From the IMG/VR virus record IMGVR_UViG_2684622669_000017: a stretch of DNA of 5,954 nt; one strand, written 5' to 3'. This document shows positions 4,384 to 5,954 of the stretch, piece by piece. The position numbers were made by a program, and so were the translations under genes. The notes under the pieces are model-generated. The model did not search any database. It saw only the letters and a program-made list of their open reading frames with translations, and was not told the origin of the DNA. Position 1 is the first letter of the stretch, and each line of letters starts with the position of its first letter. This DNA is from a virus. Taxonomy: Duplodnaviria > Heunggongvirae > Uroviricota > Caudoviricetes.

Positions 4384-4614
4384 TTACCGTTTCCACTTCT
4401 TAGGTCGCCCACCGCATTTAAGGCTGGTGGGCCTCAGCACCTTGTCGATGCTTTCAGCCAGATTTTTCGATGCACCACGCGAGCGCAAAAAACTGACTAC
4501 CTCGTGTTTTGTGGGGGCTGTTGATTTGTCTTCCGGATCGTATGTTGACCAGAATTCACGATTTGCCATTAACGCCAGTTGCAGCCCTTCGCCGTAGGCG
4601 GTGGTATTTTGCAT
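4384..4614 (-). CDS. Hypothetical small protein (76 aa; 61 aa if translation starts at the internal ATG 4569), basic C-terminus, function unknown
   Basis: ORF track; ATG at 4614..4612 lacks an SD. An out-of-frame 19-codon upstream ORF (ATG 4628..4626, GGAG 3 nt upstream) ends in TAATG, overlapping the internal ATG at 4569. Protein-like composition; followed by an intrinsic terminator. Confidence 0.5.
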   Translation of the reverse strand: MQNTTAYGEGLQLALMANREFWSTYDPEDKSTAPTKHEVVSFLRSRGASKNLAESIDKVLRPTSLKCGGRPKKWKR

Positions 4615-4659
4615 AATAGAATTTTCATATACTCCGGCCTTGTCGTTAAATTTGTGGCA

Positions 4660-4665
4660 ATTATA
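4660..4665 (-). promoter_or_regulatory. Possible -10 element (perfect TATAAT on the minus strand) between the integrase stop and the 76-aa ORF
   Basis: Plus-strand attata at 4660-4665; -35 is weak (ATGCAA); position suggests an internal promoter for the small downstream ORF. Confidence 0.25.
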
Positions 4666-4712
4666 CGATGGTTTGGCATGGTTTGCATCGCTTTTACTGG
4701 CTTTTTGTACAG

Positions 4713-5954
4713 TTACACGGCACGGATACCCCTTTTACCACTGGCTATGGTCACTCCGGTAGCTGCGGCCTCTACAAATTCCCCCCACCAGCGCATAAGC
4801 ACCACGCGCTTTTCCAGGTAGTTACTTCGGTTATATGCTCGCCTTACCTCGTTCGTGTCCACGTGTGCGAGTGCGGCCTCGATTACGTCCGGCTCGAATC
4901 CTTCCTCGTTCGCTGCTGTACTGAATATGGCGCGTAATCCGTGAGACACCAGCACACCAGCGTAACCCATCCGGCGTAATGCAGCGTTAGCGGTCTGGCT
5001 GCTCATTGGTAGCATTGGATTTTTAAGGCTGGGAAAAACATGTTCCCTGTGTGCGCTGATTGGCTTCATGGTTTCCAGTACAGCCATAGCCTGACCGCAA
5101 AGGGGGATCACATGGTCACGGCGCATCTTCATGCGTCCGGCTGGAATCGTCCAGGTTTCGGCATCGAGATCTATTTCTTCCCAGCGTGCGGCGGCTGCTT
5201 CGGCTGGGCGTGCTACGGTCAACAGTTGCCACTCGATCAGCAATCTGGTTTGCCGTTCTATGCTGGCGACCGATAAATCGTGCATTAGCTGCGGTAGCTG
5301 TTCCGGTCGGATGGTTGGCATGTGCTTTTTGGTGGGTGAGGGAAATGCCTTGCGGACGTTAGCAGCGGTGTTGATGTCAATCAGCCCACTGTTGGCGGCA
5401 AAATCCATCACTTCATTGATGCGCTGCAAAACGCGTTTCAGAGTTTCCAGGTTGCCGCGTGCTTTAATGGGTGTGAGTATCTCAACAAAGCGGCGAGCGG
5501 TGAGGGTATCTATTGGCGTTTTTCCGATGTACGGGAATACGTATTTTTCCATGGATCGCCAGATATCCTTAATCGTGTTGTAAGCGAGATTCTGGCCTTT
5601 TTTCATCTCGTACCAGTCAGAGGCAACTTTTTCGAACGTGTTGCCCTTTTTCCGACTCTCTGCTTCACGTTTCCGGCGTTCGTGGTCCTGTGGGTCAACT
5701 CCCTTCGCTATGAGTGACCTGTATTCATTCCGTCGTTCTCTGGCATCGGACAGGGAAACATCATTCAGCGATCCGAGGCTGATGATAGTCCGTTTTTTAT
5801 CTGCCGGGCGGTAGTACGTAAAACGCCAGATTTTTGATCCGGAGGGTTTCACCAGAAGAAATAATCCTCCGCCATCCTGCAGGGTGTATTCCTTTTCCCC
5901 TGGTCGTGCGTTTTTGATCTCCGTAATAGTTAGTGGGGTGGTTTTTCGTGCCAT
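4713..5954 (-). CDS. int: Site-specific tyrosine recombinase/integrase, P4 family (N-terminal arm-binding DUF4102-type domain plus catalytic domain)
   Basis: 413-aa ORF; ATG is the last three nucleotides of the window (5954..5952); TAA at 4715..4713. N-terminus MARKTTPLTITEIKNARPGEKEYTLQDGGGLFLLVKPSGSKIWRFTYY is typical of P4-type integrases (compare E. coli IntA). Catalytic motifs are present: R in TVARPAE, HGLRAIF (H-x-x-R), and tyrosine in RRAYNRSNY. Confidence 0.92.
   Translation of the reverse strand: MARKTTPLTITEIKNARPGEKEYTLQDGGGLFLLVKPSGSKIWRFTYYRPADKKRTIISLGSLNDVSLSDARERRNEYRSLIAKGVDPQDHERRKREAESRKKGNTFEKVASDWYEMKKGQNLAYNTIKDIWRSMEKYVFPYIGKTPIDTLTARRFVEILTPIKARGNLETLKRVLQRINEVMDFAANSGLIDINTAANVRKAFPSPTKKHMPTIRPEQLPQLMHDLSVASIERQTRLLIEWQLLTVARPAEAAAARWEEIDLDAETWTIPAGRMKMRRDHVIPLCGQAMAVLETMKPISAHREHVFPSLKNPMLPMSSQTANAALRRMGYAGVLVSHGLRAIFSTAANEEGFEPDVIEAALAHVDTNEVRRAYNRSNYLEKRVVLMRWWGEFVEAAATGVTIASGKRGIRAV

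Larger units (their letters stand above)
1..5954. mobile_element. Partial integrative element (P4-integrase/AlpA type; satellite- or PICI-like) - integrase, regulation and replication modules; both ends lie outside the window
   Basis: Gene content and order (int, alpA, RHH switch, Icd-like, RepA-like helicase, iteron origin, SSB-like), long leftward operon with overlapping start/stop codons. attL/attR and the target tRNA are not in the window. Confidence 0.6.

Noticed and set aside
4579-5583. Plus-strand ORFs 4579..4821, 4668..4937, 5040..5276, 5131..5583
   Set aside because: Antisense to the integrase gene, whose identity is secure; no start-site signals.
4713-5954. attachment site / tRNA target of the P4-type integrase
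   Set aside because: P4-family integrases usually sit next to the tRNA-derived att core upstream of int; that would be to the right of position 5954, outside the window. No tRNA-like sequence or att direct repeat could be identified inside the window.

Overview
This 5.95-kb window appears to be the integrase-proximal part of a small integrative mobile element of the P4-integrase/AlpA type (phage-satellite- or PICI-like), in an enterobacterial-style genome (about 50% GC by eye). All functional names come from motif recognition by eye; no database search or folding computation was run. Right to left on the minus strand: a complete P4-family tyrosine integrase (4713-5954; its ATG is the last 3 nt of the window), a 76-aa ORF followed by an intrinsic terminator, and an AlpA-family regulator (GTG start). 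Next is a short plus-strand island: a ribbon-helix-helix (RHH) protein gene, a 57-aa basic protein gene, two terminator hairpins and, between them, a possible ~70-nt sRNA with an extended -10 promoter. A divergent promoter region with GTGG-N-CCAC operator repeats separates this from a tightly coupled leftward operon: an Icd-like small protein, two ORFs split at a C9/G9 homopolymer, a 47-aa ORF truncated at a C7/G7 homopolymer, a 99-aa ORF and a 471-aa RepA-like (AAA_25/RecA-fold) replicative helicase. Immediately 3' of the helicase is an iteron-rich, AT-rich putative origin, then an 83-aa ORF and the start of an SSB-like gene running off the left edge. No tRNA, rRNA, CRISPR array or attachment site is visible. 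The most unusual points are the two homopolymer tracts interrupting consecutive genes, the RHH/operator switch with a possible sRNA, and a replication module that is not the classical P4 alpha primase.
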